Assembly (NCBI GenBank): GCA_963775895.1
Contig: CAVZKL010000015.1
Coordinates: forward strand, 1 to 52,193
Source: Candidatus Bathyarchaeota archaeon
Lineage (GTDB): Archaea > Thermoproteota > Bathyarchaeia > Bathyarchaeales > Bathycorpusculaceae
Direction of reading: 5' to 3'
DNA: 52,193 nucleotides
The position numbers and the translations under genes are program-made. The notes under the pieces are model-generated. The model was not told the origin of the DNA, searched no databases, and saw only the letters and a list, made by a program, of their open reading frames with translations. Shown in pieces: positions 9,306-18,416 of the stretch; the stretch's first letter is position 1; each line of letters opens with the position of its first letter.

Positions 9306-10590
9306 TCTGCGTTCCTTCTTCTGTCAGACCTTTGACCTCTGGTAGCGTGTAGTTTCCAAAGGGCATGGTCCAGACTCTTGCGTTCTTTCCCGCGATGGTA
9401 AAGGCTTGATTCAGAGCGTCATTCACGGCCCTTGCGGTCTTCAGCCGGAAGACCGTCGTTGCATAGTAGTCTGGCATCGAGGAAACCAGGATGATTTGAG
9501 CCTTTTGCATGGCTTTGAGGTACAGGTAGGCTTTGGCACCACCTAACACAAAGTTGTGTTTCACCTCTCTTTCCACGGCTTTTAATTCGCCGAATTTGAC
9601 CATCCAATCGTAGAAAGCTTGATTGCCATGGCCTTCAGGCAACTCTGCTACCAACACTATTACGCCGCCGCGCTTGACGACTTCCAGAGCGTTATCCACG
9701 GCTTTGTAGGCTTGGTAAAGGTTCAGGTCGGCAGGATGTCCACCTGGACTGACGACGACGATGTCTGCGCGGCGGTCAACTTGCACACGGTACATCTCGT
9801 CTACGAGTTTGACGCCTTCAGCGAAGACTTGTTCCACGTCTCCGGCAAAAGCCTTGACTATCTGATGTTTGCTGTTTATCACAACGTTTAGGGCAAAATC
9901 TGTTCTGATGAGTTTTGCTGCTTCGACCATATCATCATGAACCGGGTTCTCGTTGAGGTTGCCAGTTTTGGAACGTGTGTCTAGGAGCATCATGTGATTG
10001 TGTTTTATCGTTTCATCACCCGCGATTCCTGGCAGAATACTCTTTCTTCCACCGCCATAGCCCGCGAAGTAGTGTAAGCTCACATCGCCTGTTAAGACTC
10101 GTACGTCGGCTTCCGCGAACGTTCGGTTCAGGAAAACCCTAGTGCCATGCTTTTTGGTTGTTCCTACATCAACCAAGTCCTGAGCCTTGTGGTCGTGACT
10201 TAAAGTCTTGATGCGGTTAAAGATTGCTTCTCCAAGAAGGCTGATTGCCTTATCTGGCGTGACGGCTTTGTGTGTTCCGCAGGCAAAGATGATCGTGACG
10301 TTTTCGTCTTTTGTTCCTGCAGCGCTCAATTCGTCAAGTATCGGGGGGACCATCAGGTGACTCGGAGCGGGTCTTGTTTCATCGTCAACGACTATTGCGA
10401 CTTTGCTGTCCGGTTTGGCAATTTCGCGCAATCTCTTGGATGCGTAAGGCTCTTGCAGTGCCCGTACGATTTCGGCCTGAGGGTCGGCCACTCCAGGCTT
10501 CTCCTTGGGTTCGATTGAGCCTAAGAAATTTCGCGTCGGGACGCGCACACATATTTCTGATGTTCCATAAGGTAACCAAGCATCAACCAT
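9274..10590 (-). CDS. larA: Nickel-pincer-dependent lactate racemase family protein (LarA)
   Basis: Start MVDAWLPYG at 10590; IVVDDETRP, ACGTH, HYFAGYGGGRKS, NPVHDDM, GGHPADLNLYQA. The natural stop may be the TGA at 9324-9326 if there is a 1-nt indel. Confidence 0.92.
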   Translation of the reverse strand: MVDAWLPYGTSEICVRVPTRNFLGSIEPKEKPGVADPQAEIVRALQEPYASKRLREIAKPDSKVAIVVDDETRPAPSHLMVPPILDELSAAGTKDENVTIIFACGTHKAVTPDKAISLLGEAIFNRIKTLSHDHKAQDLVDVGTTKKHGTRVFLNRTFAEADVRVLTGDVSLHYFAGYGGGRKSILPGIAGDETIKHNHMMLLDTRSKTGNLNENPVHDDMVEAAKLIRTDFALNVVINSKHQIVKAFAGDVEQVFAEGVKLVDEMYRVQVDRRADIVVVSPGGHPADLNLYQAYKAVDNALEVVKRGGVIVLVAELPEGHGNQAFYDWMVKFGELKAVEREVKHNFVLGGAKAYLYLKAMQKAQIILVSSMPDYYATTVFRLKTARAVNDALNQAFTIAGKNARVWTMPFGNYTLPEVKGLTEEGTQNEAVETTAAQ

Positions 10591-10792
10591 GCATATCCCT
10601 TGAATAAGGGAAACACGTAGGCAGAAATTATTAAGCCTTATCAATAGTCTGAGTCGCTGCAATGAAAGAGCTGAGCGCGCGTTGGACCTGTTCAAAACAT
10701 TTTCAACCTGAAATCCTGGATCAGTTCCAAGCAGAACCTATTTGGCATAAGTTCTTAAGACCCGAAAGCCCCTAAATAGAAACGCTGAGGGA

Positions 10793-11491
10793 TTGAACGT
10801 GTCGATCAACAAGAGCCCTTCGAAGAACGAGATCTATTTCACTTGGTTCAATAAGTACGCGGGCGTTACCATCAAGACTCCGTCAAAAACGGTTGTGGTG
10901 GACCCAGTGGACGTAAAACCCCGTGATTTCAAAACTGTCGATGCAGTTCTAGTCACTCATGAGCATTATGATCACTTAGATCAGTCTCTCGTAGCAGAAA
11001 TGCATAGACTGACACAGTGCATGGTGGTGGCTGACCCTACCTCGTACAAGCGATTGCGGAATGTTATCCCACAAGACAAACTGCAGGAAGCCAAGGAAGG
11101 CGCTGAGATCAAGCTCGGCGAAGTTGCTGTCAAAGTCGAAAAGAGCAACCATCCACCCGCCGCTACACCGATATCTTACGTGGTCACAAGCGAAGACGGC
11201 CTGAGGGTTTTTCACACCGCCGACAGCCTGCCTTTTCCGGAAATGGTGACGATAGGCGAAAGAGAAAAGTTGGACGTGGTCTTCTGCACCGTCGGCATTG
11301 CGCCTGGCGCGTCTCCTGAAACAGGGGTAGACATTGCCAGATTGACAAAGCCCAAGGTGGCCGTACCCTATCACACGGGTTCAGCCTCGGATCAGAAAAA
11401 GTTTGCAGAGCTTCTTAAGAAGGAGCTTCCGAAAATCACTTGTTTGATACCCGAGGAAGGCAAGATATACCAAGTCTCCAAGAAGGCCTAG
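10793..11491 (+). CDS. MBL-fold metallo-hydrolase (UlaG/Lactamase_B_3-like)
   Basis: VDP, THEHYDH, NHP, FHTADS, PYH motifs. Confidence 0.9.
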   Translation: MNVSINKSPSKNEIYFTWFNKYAGVTIKTPSKTVVVDPVDVKPRDFKTVDAVLVTHEHYDHLDQSLVAEMHRLTQCMVVADPTSYKRLRNVIPQDKLQEAKEGAEIKLGEVAVKVEKSNHPPAATPISYVVTSEDGLRVFHTADSLPFPEMVTIGEREKLDVVFCTVGIAPGASPETGVDIARLTKPKVAVPYHTGSASDQKKFAELLKKELPKITCLIPEEGKIYQVSKKA

Positions 11492-11495
11492 GATT

Positions 11496-12126
11496 TTGAG
11501 TGCTGGAGCAAAAGATCAAAACGTGAAATTGGAGATCTGCAACATTCTGGATAGGATCAAGGCTTTGGAGTTCGGGGTCTTCAGACTCGCAAGCGGCAAG
11601 ATGAGTCCCTACTACATTAACCTGCGAATAGTGCCAAGCTTCCCAGATATTTTCCAGAGGATCTGCGACTTCCACGCCAAATTTATCAAGAGTGAGGTCG
11701 GGGTTGACAGCTTTGAAAGGATTGCGGGCATTCCGATCGCAGGCATGCCTTTTGCATCCGTGGTCGCTTTGACTCTGAAGAAGCCTCTACTTTACGTGCG
11801 AAGAGGTGCCCGCCTGCACGGGAGAGAAAGAAGGATCGAAGGAGTAATTGCCCCTGGAAATCGAGTGCTCCTGGTCGACGATCTCGTCACAACCGGTTTG
11901 GCCCTCGAAAAAGCCGCTAAAGCAATCACCGCTGAAGGCGGCGTTGTCACTGACAGCGTCGTGCTCATAGACCGACAGGAAGGGGGCGGAAAGAGGCTTG
12001 AAAAGGGTGGGGTAAGGCTTCACGCCGTGCTAACCGCGACTGAAATTGCCAACACCCTTCGTGAGCTCGGAAGCGATCGATGAGCAGCAGATGAAAACGA
12101 TTCTGAAACAGGTTAAGAAGAAATAA
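11496..12126 (+). CDS. pyrE: Orotate phosphoribosyltransferase (C-terminal frameshift near 12071)
   Basis: FRLASGKMSPYYINLR and PRPP motif VLLVDDLVTTG. Removing one A near 12071 gives GAIDEQQMKTILKQVKKK*, stopping at 12126. Confidence 0.93.
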
Positions 12127-12146
12127 GAAGGGCAGAAACGAAAAGC

Positions 12147-12707
12147 TTATTCATAGAAAATTAGGCTTTGTTCTTCCAATATTCCGTGGAGCTTGTAGAC
12201 AGCGTCATAAACGTCTTGTTCTTTTTTGGCTCCCGTGCAGACAAGTTTGCCGCTTGCAAACAGTAGTATTACTACCTTCGGCTCTTCCATCCTGTAGATT
12301 AGACCAGGAAACTGTTCTGGTTCGTACATGCTCTTTCCGAGCGTGTAGGCTGCCTTCTCAAGGTCTATCATTCCTCCGAGGCTTGCGGAGGCGACTATGT
12401 TTTGAATCTTCAATTCTGGTTTGCTGATGATTATGATTCCGCCTTTCTTGAGTTCCTTGACTACTTTCATCACTGCCGTGCGAGCTTCTTTTTCTGATTT
12501 TGCCCCCGTGCAAACCATTTTTCCAGAGTTGAAAATCAGCGTGGCTGTTTTTGGTCTTTTGAGTCTGAAAACGAGGCCCGGGAACTGTTCTGGACGATAT
12601 TCGACTCCAGGATAGCCTTTGACAACGGCGTTCAAGTCGACTTTCTGGTTGAGCGTGGCTGAGGCGACGACGTTTTCAATTTTTATTATGGCTTTGCTTT
12701 TCGGCAT
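12147..12707 (-). CDS. tbp: TATA-box-binding protein
   Basis: Two TBP repeats: IENVVAS...YRPEQFPGLVFR...LIFNSGKMVCTGAK and IQNIVAS...YEPEQFPGLIYR...LLFASGKLVCTGAK. Confidence 0.99.
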   Translation of the reverse strand: MPKSKAIIKIENVVASATLNQKVDLNAVVKGYPGVEYRPEQFPGLVFRLKRPKTATLIFNSGKMVCTGAKSEKEARTAVMKVVKELKKGGIIIISKPELKIQNIVASASLGGMIDLEKAAYTLGKSMYEPEQFPGLIYRMEEPKVVILLFASGKLVCTGAKKEQDVYDAVYKLHGILEEQSLIFYE

Positions 12708-12737
12708 TGAACGTCCTCTTCTTTACTACTGAAGTAG

Positions 12738-12757
12738 TTTATATACCCTTTATAAAG
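12738..12757 (-). promoter_or_regulatory. Tandem TATA-like boxes upstream of tbp
   Basis: Palindromic CTTTATAAAG (12748-12757) and TATATAAA (12745-12738, minus strand). Confidence 0.55.
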
Positions 12758-12804
12758 CCTTAGGTCGCAATGTTGAGCGCTTTTTCCGCACGTCCAGAAA
12801 GATT

Positions 12805-13869
12805 TCAAATATGCGTGTAGATGTTGTCAATGGAGAATTTGCCATTTTGCATTTCTTTGTCGATTTCCCGCAGCAGAAGAATGCGCTTGTAGGTTGGTGG
12901 GTGCGTGGCGAACAACGTGTTAATCTTCATCCACGTGTTCTTTGCCTCTTTTTCCATGGCCAACTCCAGTTCTTTCTCGTCGAGCACGCCGTCTTTGTCA
13001 AGGTCGTATTCCTCTTTGTTGCAGAGTATGTCTTGGCACTCCTGCTTAGCCAACGCGGGGTCGCTGATGAAAAGGGTTCTTGCTCCATGTGGAGGATCAG
13101 GCGAAAGCGATAATCCATAAGTTATTTTCGTCAGAGCGCTTTCTAATTCTCTCGGCTGACCAGTTAGGTACGCAGAATAGGCGTCCGCATAGTGCTCGCG
13201 CAGTCGACTCAGTCTCATGACGCACATTTGCGTGATTAAGTAGATGACATATGAAATGGCTGCGGACACGATTATCGTTGCCCAAACGAGTCCAGCGCCT
13301 TTTCCTCTGCCGCGAAATCGTCCGTATCGCATTGCGTCAAAACTCAAGCGTGCAACCAGGTAGGCAAGTAAGGGAATCGCGGCCAGCGCGGTCATCACGA
13401 GATAATCTTTGTGGTTAAGATGTCCGAACTCGTGGCCGATGACTCCTTCAACTTCGGTCTGAGACAACTGCTTCAACAGACCCGAATGTACTGCCAGAGT
13501 TGCGCTCTTTGCAGTTCGCCCGAAGATGAACGCGTTTGGTGTTTGATCCTGTACCGTGGCGATTGACGGCACAGGAAAACCACTTTTTTCAGCGAACTTC
13601 TTCACTGTCTCTTCCAGCCACGGGTTTTCGCCAGGGTACAAATAGTGAAGTTCCACGCCCGCGCAAACAATTGACGGTCCGATCAGATATTCGATGAAGA
13701 TGAAGAAAGCCGCGCCTGCCGCTGCTATACCGTACATCACGAGCAGTGGCAATTGCCAGAAGATGCTGATTATGTACATCAGTAGCCCAAGAAAGAAGGC
13801 GAAAACGATTCCAACCAATAGAATCGTGGTTGTCATTGCCAACTTAAGCGTTGACAAACGTGCCAACAA
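12805..13869 (-). CDS. htpX: HtpX-family (M48) membrane zinc metalloprotease with EF-hand-like insert
   Basis: PNAFIFG, HEFGH (HExxH), SRLREHYAD, THPP, four TM segments; DLDKDGVLDEKE loop. Confidence 0.93.
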   Translation of the reverse strand: MLARLSTLKLAMTTTILLVGIVFAFFLGLLMYIISIFWQLPLLVMYGIAAAGAAFFIFIEYLIGPSIVCAGVELHYLYPGENPWLEETVKKFAEKSGFPVPSIATVQDQTPNAFIFGRTAKSATLAVHSGLLKQLSQTEVEGVIGHEFGHLNHKDYLVMTALAAIPLLAYLVARLSFDAMRYGRFRGRGKGAGLVWATIIVSAAISYVIYLITQMCVMRLSRLREHYADAYSAYLTGQPRELESALTKITYGLSLSPDPPHGARTLFISDPALAKQECQDILCNKEEYDLDKDGVLDEKELELAMEKEAKNTWMKINTLFATHPPTYKRILLLREIDKEMQNGKFSIDNIYTHI

Positions 13870-13955
13870 TTCTCCTCTCCCTACACTCAGTAGCGCGCTT
13901 CGCCCGCAGAATTGAACTTTCTCTTCCGCTTCATTGGGTTTCGTACTCGCTTGAT

Positions 13956-14234
13956 CTACCGTTTTGCGCCGCAGTTTGGGCAGCTGTTAACGTTTTCATC
14001 ATAAAGAGTGCCGCAGTAGGGGCATCTTATCTTGATTACTTCTCGTATGATTTCCCTTTCTGCCACTGGCGGCGAGGGTTGAGACAACACTTGGTTCTCA
14101 ATGTTCTTCCCAGATTTCATCGCTCTCCAGAACGACAAAACAAAGGAGGCAACGATTAGCACTGCAATTATGATGAAAAAGACCCAAAACAGCGAAAACA
14201 TCGAATCAAAAGACTGAAACGTCTCCTCGAGCAT
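13956..14234 (-). CDS. Single-TM protein with C-terminal zinc ribbon
   Basis: Hydrophobic helix followed by CPYCG-x8-CPNCG. Confidence 0.85.
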   Translation of the reverse strand: MLEETFQSFDSMFSLFWVFFIIIAVLIVASFVLSFWRAMKSGKNIENQVLSQPSPPVAEREIIREVIKIRCPYCGTLYDENVNSCPNCGAKR

Positions 14235-14346
14235 GTATTATTACGTGGTGTAACGAATATTTAAACGTACGAAAAGCAGCTCGCGCAACGCAACTGGATA
14301 AAATATTGCGTGAAAAGTCTTTTCTTTGGAATGAACTATCGTTGGC

Positions 14347-15003
14347 TCAAATTGGGTTTTCTGTTTCAGGAATCTTTTCAATGTGCTCGTCTGGGTTGTC
14401 GTCGGTTTTCTTGCCTGTTAGTATAGGAAGTATGAACTCGACCACGATCAGGATGATTATGAGCGCTACTATGAGAAGTATACCGGTGGAGTTGCGCATG
14501 TAGAGAGCGAGGTGCCCGATCCATGGAATGCGGAGAATGACTTTTCCAACCACTTTGCTTGCGGGTATCGGTTGATCTTGACCAGGGTTTGCATCACCTT
14601 TCGTGACGAACGAGACAACGGTTCCGTTGGGCAGAACCGTTCTTGCGATGGCTCGGTGCACTATCAATTCGTCACTGTACGAAGAATGAAAAACTATTAT
14701 GTCTCCAGATCGGCCGCTTTCGTTGAACGGTGCCGCGTAGATGTCTTCGGGTTTCACCCCTTCGATTATTATTAGGTCTCCGACGTGAAGCGTTCTGTCA
14801 AAAGGGTGAGACCAACCGTCGCAGCTTTGGCCGTACGGTATGCACATGCTTCCTGAAGCCACGGCCAGCATCGGATAATCATTGTTCAACACCAACCTTG
14901 TTCCATACCAAAATCCGAAAACTATTCCGACTATGACCAATATCATTATAGTTGTCTGAAAATACTCGTTCTTCCACAGACGCTTGAGGTTCGACGTTGC
15001 CAA
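14347..15003 (-). CDS. Signal peptidase I, archaeal/SEC11 type
   Basis: VASGSM (catalytic Ser), GDLII, IVHR, TKGDAN, N- and C-terminal TM helices. Confidence 0.93.
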   Translation of the reverse strand: MATSNLKRLWKNEYFQTTIMILVIVGIVFGFWYGTRLVLNNDYPMLAVASGSMCIPYGQSCDGWSHPFDRTLHVGDLIIIEGVKPEDIYAAPFNESGRSGDIIVFHSSYSDELIVHRAIARTVLPNGTVVSFVTKGDANPGQDQPIPASKVVGKVILRIPWIGHLALYMRNSTGILLIVALIIILIVVEFILPILTGKKTDDNPDEHIEKIPETENPI

Positions 15004-15129
15004 TCAAAGACCTTCTATCATCGAAACTTGTCTGGTGAACTAAGTCCATCGCACTTTAAAACCTAGCGCCTGAAAAGATGAAAAAGAGGGGGAAGACGCG
15101 TTAGAGCAAAATACGCATCTTGTGTCTGT

Positions 15130-15300
15130 CTAGATCTTCTTCTTGCTGAGAACTTCTCGGAATACTTTGTGGTCCTTTGGGCACTCATAGAGTCCGATTT
15201 CTAGTTCGATTCTCTTTCCAGCCTTGTCCGGTCGCCCAGCCATCTTCCAAGTCTTCTTTGGTTTCGATACTTCAGTTCCACATTTTGGACATTTAGCCAT
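15130..15300 (-). CDS. Cren7-like chromatin protein, zinc-ribbon type (56 aa; missing from ORF track)
   Basis: Manual translation: MAKCPKCGTEVSKPKKTWKMAGRPDKAGKRIELEIGLYECPKDHKVFREVLSKKKI*. GGAGGA SD upstream. The K-x-W...IGL[YF]...FR pattern matches Cren7. Confidence 0.8.
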   Translation of the reverse strand: MAKCPKCGTEVSKPKKTWKMAGRPDKAGKRIELEIGLYECPKDHKVFREVLSKKKI

Positions 15301-15535
15301 TCAACTTTCCTCCGATACATCTCAATATCCATGGTTTTCGTAGGATGATGGATAAATAACTTTCCATACTTCAAACCCCAAAGGGTTGCTTCAGACCTTC
15401 ATGTAAGGACGTTTCACTTGAAAAAACGCTTACGTCACCGAATTTTCATCAAAGAACGTCACTTGTTCGGGGCCTCGGAGTGAAAATGTTTTATGTCCGT
15501 CGCTCCACATCTGTCACCCAAAAGGTCGAATGTGA

Positions 15536-16954
15536 ATGGAAGAGGACATCGTGGACTACGCCTTGAACTGCGCTCTGGCCAAGAAGATCGAGTACGCTGA
15601 GGCTCGAGGGCAGAGTCAGGTTGCTGACAGAGTGGTGCTGAGAAACGGCAGTCTGGAAGCCTACGCTACGGCTGTAGACAGCGGATTCTGCGTACGAGTA
15701 ATGGCGGACGGCGGAATAGGTTTTGCGTCATCAAACAAGTGGTCAAAGGATGAAGCCAAAGCGATGGTTAGCCTGGCCTTCAAGTACGCGAAGGCAGCGA
15801 AGAGAAAAGATAAACTGTCTTTTGCCAAAGAGAAGGGCGTCAAGACAAAATGGGTCGTCGAGCAAAAGACGAAGATTGAGAATGTCCCGATAGAAGACAG
15901 GGTCACGGCACTCACCGAAGTTGAAAAGGCCCTGAAGTCCTGCAAGGTGAAGATTCCGGCAACTATAGCCCAGTGTTCAATCGATTTGGTCACCAAATAC
16001 TTCGTTAACTCCGAGGGCTCTCGAATATCGTCTTTTGTGCCCAAAATCGGTGCCTTCTACTTCATCACGGTTGCAGAACAGGGAAAGACGGAGCAGGCCT
16101 ACGAGCAGTTCGGTTACAGTGGTGGATGGGAGGCCTTTAAAGAGTTCAAGATCGCAGAGAGGATGGTTCATGACGCGCAAGTGTTGAAGGCCGTTATAAC
16201 CAAGGCAGAAGCTTTGAAGCCAGGCAAGATGGATTTGGTTTGCGGCTCTGAGGTAGCTGGGATTGCGGCGCACGAATCTTGCGGGCATCCATGCGAAGCT
16301 GACAGGATTTTAGGACGCGAGATGAGTCAGGCTGGAAGATCCTTCATCTACGAAGGCGGCCGTTATTGGATCGGAACGAGAATCGGGAGTGAAGTTGTCA
16401 CGGTCGTGGATGATCCCACGGTTGAACACAGTTATGGCTACTACGTGTATGACGATGAGGGCGTTAAGGCGAGGCGCAGGTTCCTCTACAAGAACGGTGT
16501 CATAAACGAGTTTTTGCAGAACAGGGAATCGGCCGCAAAACTCAACGTGCGGAGTAACGGATCTTCAAGATCGATCAGCTACGACAGAGAAGCGATTGTG
16601 CGCATGGCAAACACGTTTGTTCTGCCAGGGGGCTTCAGCGAAGAAGAGTTGATTGAAGACGTTAAGCAGGGTGTCTACATGAAGTCGTTCACCGAATGGA
16701 ACATCGATGACAAACGCTTCAACCAGCGCTACGTAGGCAGAGAGGCCTACCTTATCAGGAATGGTGAACTCAAAGGGCCTGTTGCACGACCGATCATCGA
16801 AACCACCACTGAGAAGTTCTGGACTGCGGTTGATGCAGTTTCAAAGAAGGTTGAGTTTGACGCCGCTACGTGCGGAAAGGGAGACCCAGAACAGGGTGTC
16901 CCAGTCTACACGGGTGGCCCAAATATCAGGCTGAAAGGAGTGTTTGTCAAATGA
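15536..16954 (+). CDS. tldD: TldD metalloprotease subunit (copy 1)
   Basis: HESCGHPCE (HExxGH), YDDEGV, RMANT, C-terminal CGKGDP. Confidence 0.95.
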   Translation: MEEDIVDYALNCALAKKIEYAEARGQSQVADRVVLRNGSLEAYATAVDSGFCVRVMADGGIGFASSNKWSKDEAKAMVSLAFKYAKAAKRKDKLSFAKEKGVKTKWVVEQKTKIENVPIEDRVTALTEVEKALKSCKVKIPATIAQCSIDLVTKYFVNSEGSRISSFVPKIGAFYFITVAEQGKTEQAYEQFGYSGGWEAFKEFKIAERMVHDAQVLKAVITKAEALKPGKMDLVCGSEVAGIAAHESCGHPCEADRILGREMSQAGRSFIYEGGRYWIGTRIGSEVVTVVDDPTVEHSYGYYVYDDEGVKARRRFLYKNGVINEFLQNRESAAKLNVRSNGSSRSISYDREAIVRMANTFVLPGGFSEEELIEDVKQGVYMKSFTEWNIDDKRFNQRYVGREAYLIRNGELKGPVARPIIETTTEKFWTAVDAVSKKVEFDAATCGKGDPEQGVPVYTGGPNIRLKGVFVK

Positions 16955-18275
16955 GCGAGTTGCTTGGCAAGACGGAAGAAATCGTCAAGAAAGCGAAAGA
17001 GCTGGGTGCAGACGAAATCGTGGCTAAGACCACTATCGGCAAGTACCGTCAGCTTCGGTTCAGCAGGAACCAGGTTGACATCACCGTAGCATGGAATGAC
17101 TACACAACGGACTTGGTGCTTGCATGGAAAAAACGAGTGGTAGCAACTGAGATGCACGATTTCGTTGACGTTGATGCAGCTCTCAGACGATTAATGAAAC
17201 TGGCGAAAGTTTCCAAGGAGAGTCCAACGTTCAGGGGCTTCGCCAAGGGCAAGTTCCACTATCGAAGAGCAAAGCCGACAAGAATCTACTCGCGCTAGAA
17301 AACCCGACTGACTACGTATCTGATGCGATCGAAGCTGCCAAGAAGGAAGCAGGCCCAAAAATCGACAGCGGCGGCATACTGTTCTCGAAATTTGAAGACG
17401 TCTACTTGGCTTCTTCTGAGGGACCAGTTGGAACGGATGCACGATCAGCCGTCGAGTTATCCATAAGAGTTTTCTCGGAAAGAGAAGCCTCAGGCCACGG
17501 CGTCGAGTGCAGTTCAACGCTGAAAGGTTTCGAGCCTTCCAGAGCCGGCGAAAAAGCGGGCATGATCGCAAAACTAGCTAAAAATCCCAAGCTTGGTGAT
17601 GAAGGAGTCTACAGTGTAGTGTTTGACCCCTTGATCTTCGGCTCTCTGCTCGGGGTTTGGGCAGGAATGGCATCAGCATTCTCCATAATGACCCACACGT
17701 CGGTGTTCGTTGACAAGCTTGGCAAGAAAATCGCACCCGACTTTCTGACGCTCAAAGACAATCCTGCAGCGTATTCAATGTCTAACAGAGTATTCGACGA
17801 CGAAGGTGTTCCAACGAGAGATAACAAGTTCATCGATCATGGTGTTCTGAAGACCTATCTTCACAACACTTCGACAGCAAAGATCTTCAAGACAAAGACA
17901 ACCGCGAACGCCGGCTTGATCAGCCCTGTTCCTTGGAACGTCGAACTGGAAGCAGGGAAAACCGGCAAGGATGAGTTGTTCGCCGAGGTCAAGAAAGGGC
18001 TCTACCTAACCAACACATGGTACACTCGGTTCCAGAATTCTGCAAAAGGCGATTTTTCAACAATTCCCAGGGACGGCATCTTTCTGCTAGCCAACGGAGA
18101 GATCAAACAGCCTTTGAAAGACCTGCGGATAAGCGATAACGTGTTTGCGATGCTCGGAAACATCGCTGCAGTTTCAAAGGAGAGACAACACGTCCATTGG
18201 TGGGGCGAAGTTGACCCGCCCTGTCTGAGCGCCTATGTTCTGATGAAGAACGTGCACATGACCAAATCCAAGTAA
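16951..18275 (+). CDS. pmbA: PmbA/TldE subunit (copy 1; frameshift near 17272)
   Basis: ATGA overlap with tldD; N-part MSELLGKTEE..., C-part FDDEGVPT, TTANAG, GLYLTNTWYTRFQN; no HExxH. Adding one A in the run near 17270 restores a single frame. Confidence 0.9.
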
Positions 18276-18416
18276 CGTTCCACTTTTCTCTTTTCATGTG
18301 TAAACGCACGGTCCGCTACTCCGTAGTCATACTGATTATTCTCCTTTTTTCTTTGACAAAATGCTTTTACCGTTGACTTCATGCTTATTCCCATCACAAC
18401 CGAGGATTAAACAGCC

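Noticed and set aside
17255-17300. Programmed frameshift in pmbA1 and other split genes
   Set aside because: No slippery heptamer with a downstream structure seen; the many unrelated indels point to sequencing error.
15536-18275. RiPP/microcin cluster suggested by TldD/E plus an MccF-like remnant and GNATs
   Set aside because: No YcaO, ThiF, radical SAM or exporter genes; components are scattered over 40 kb.
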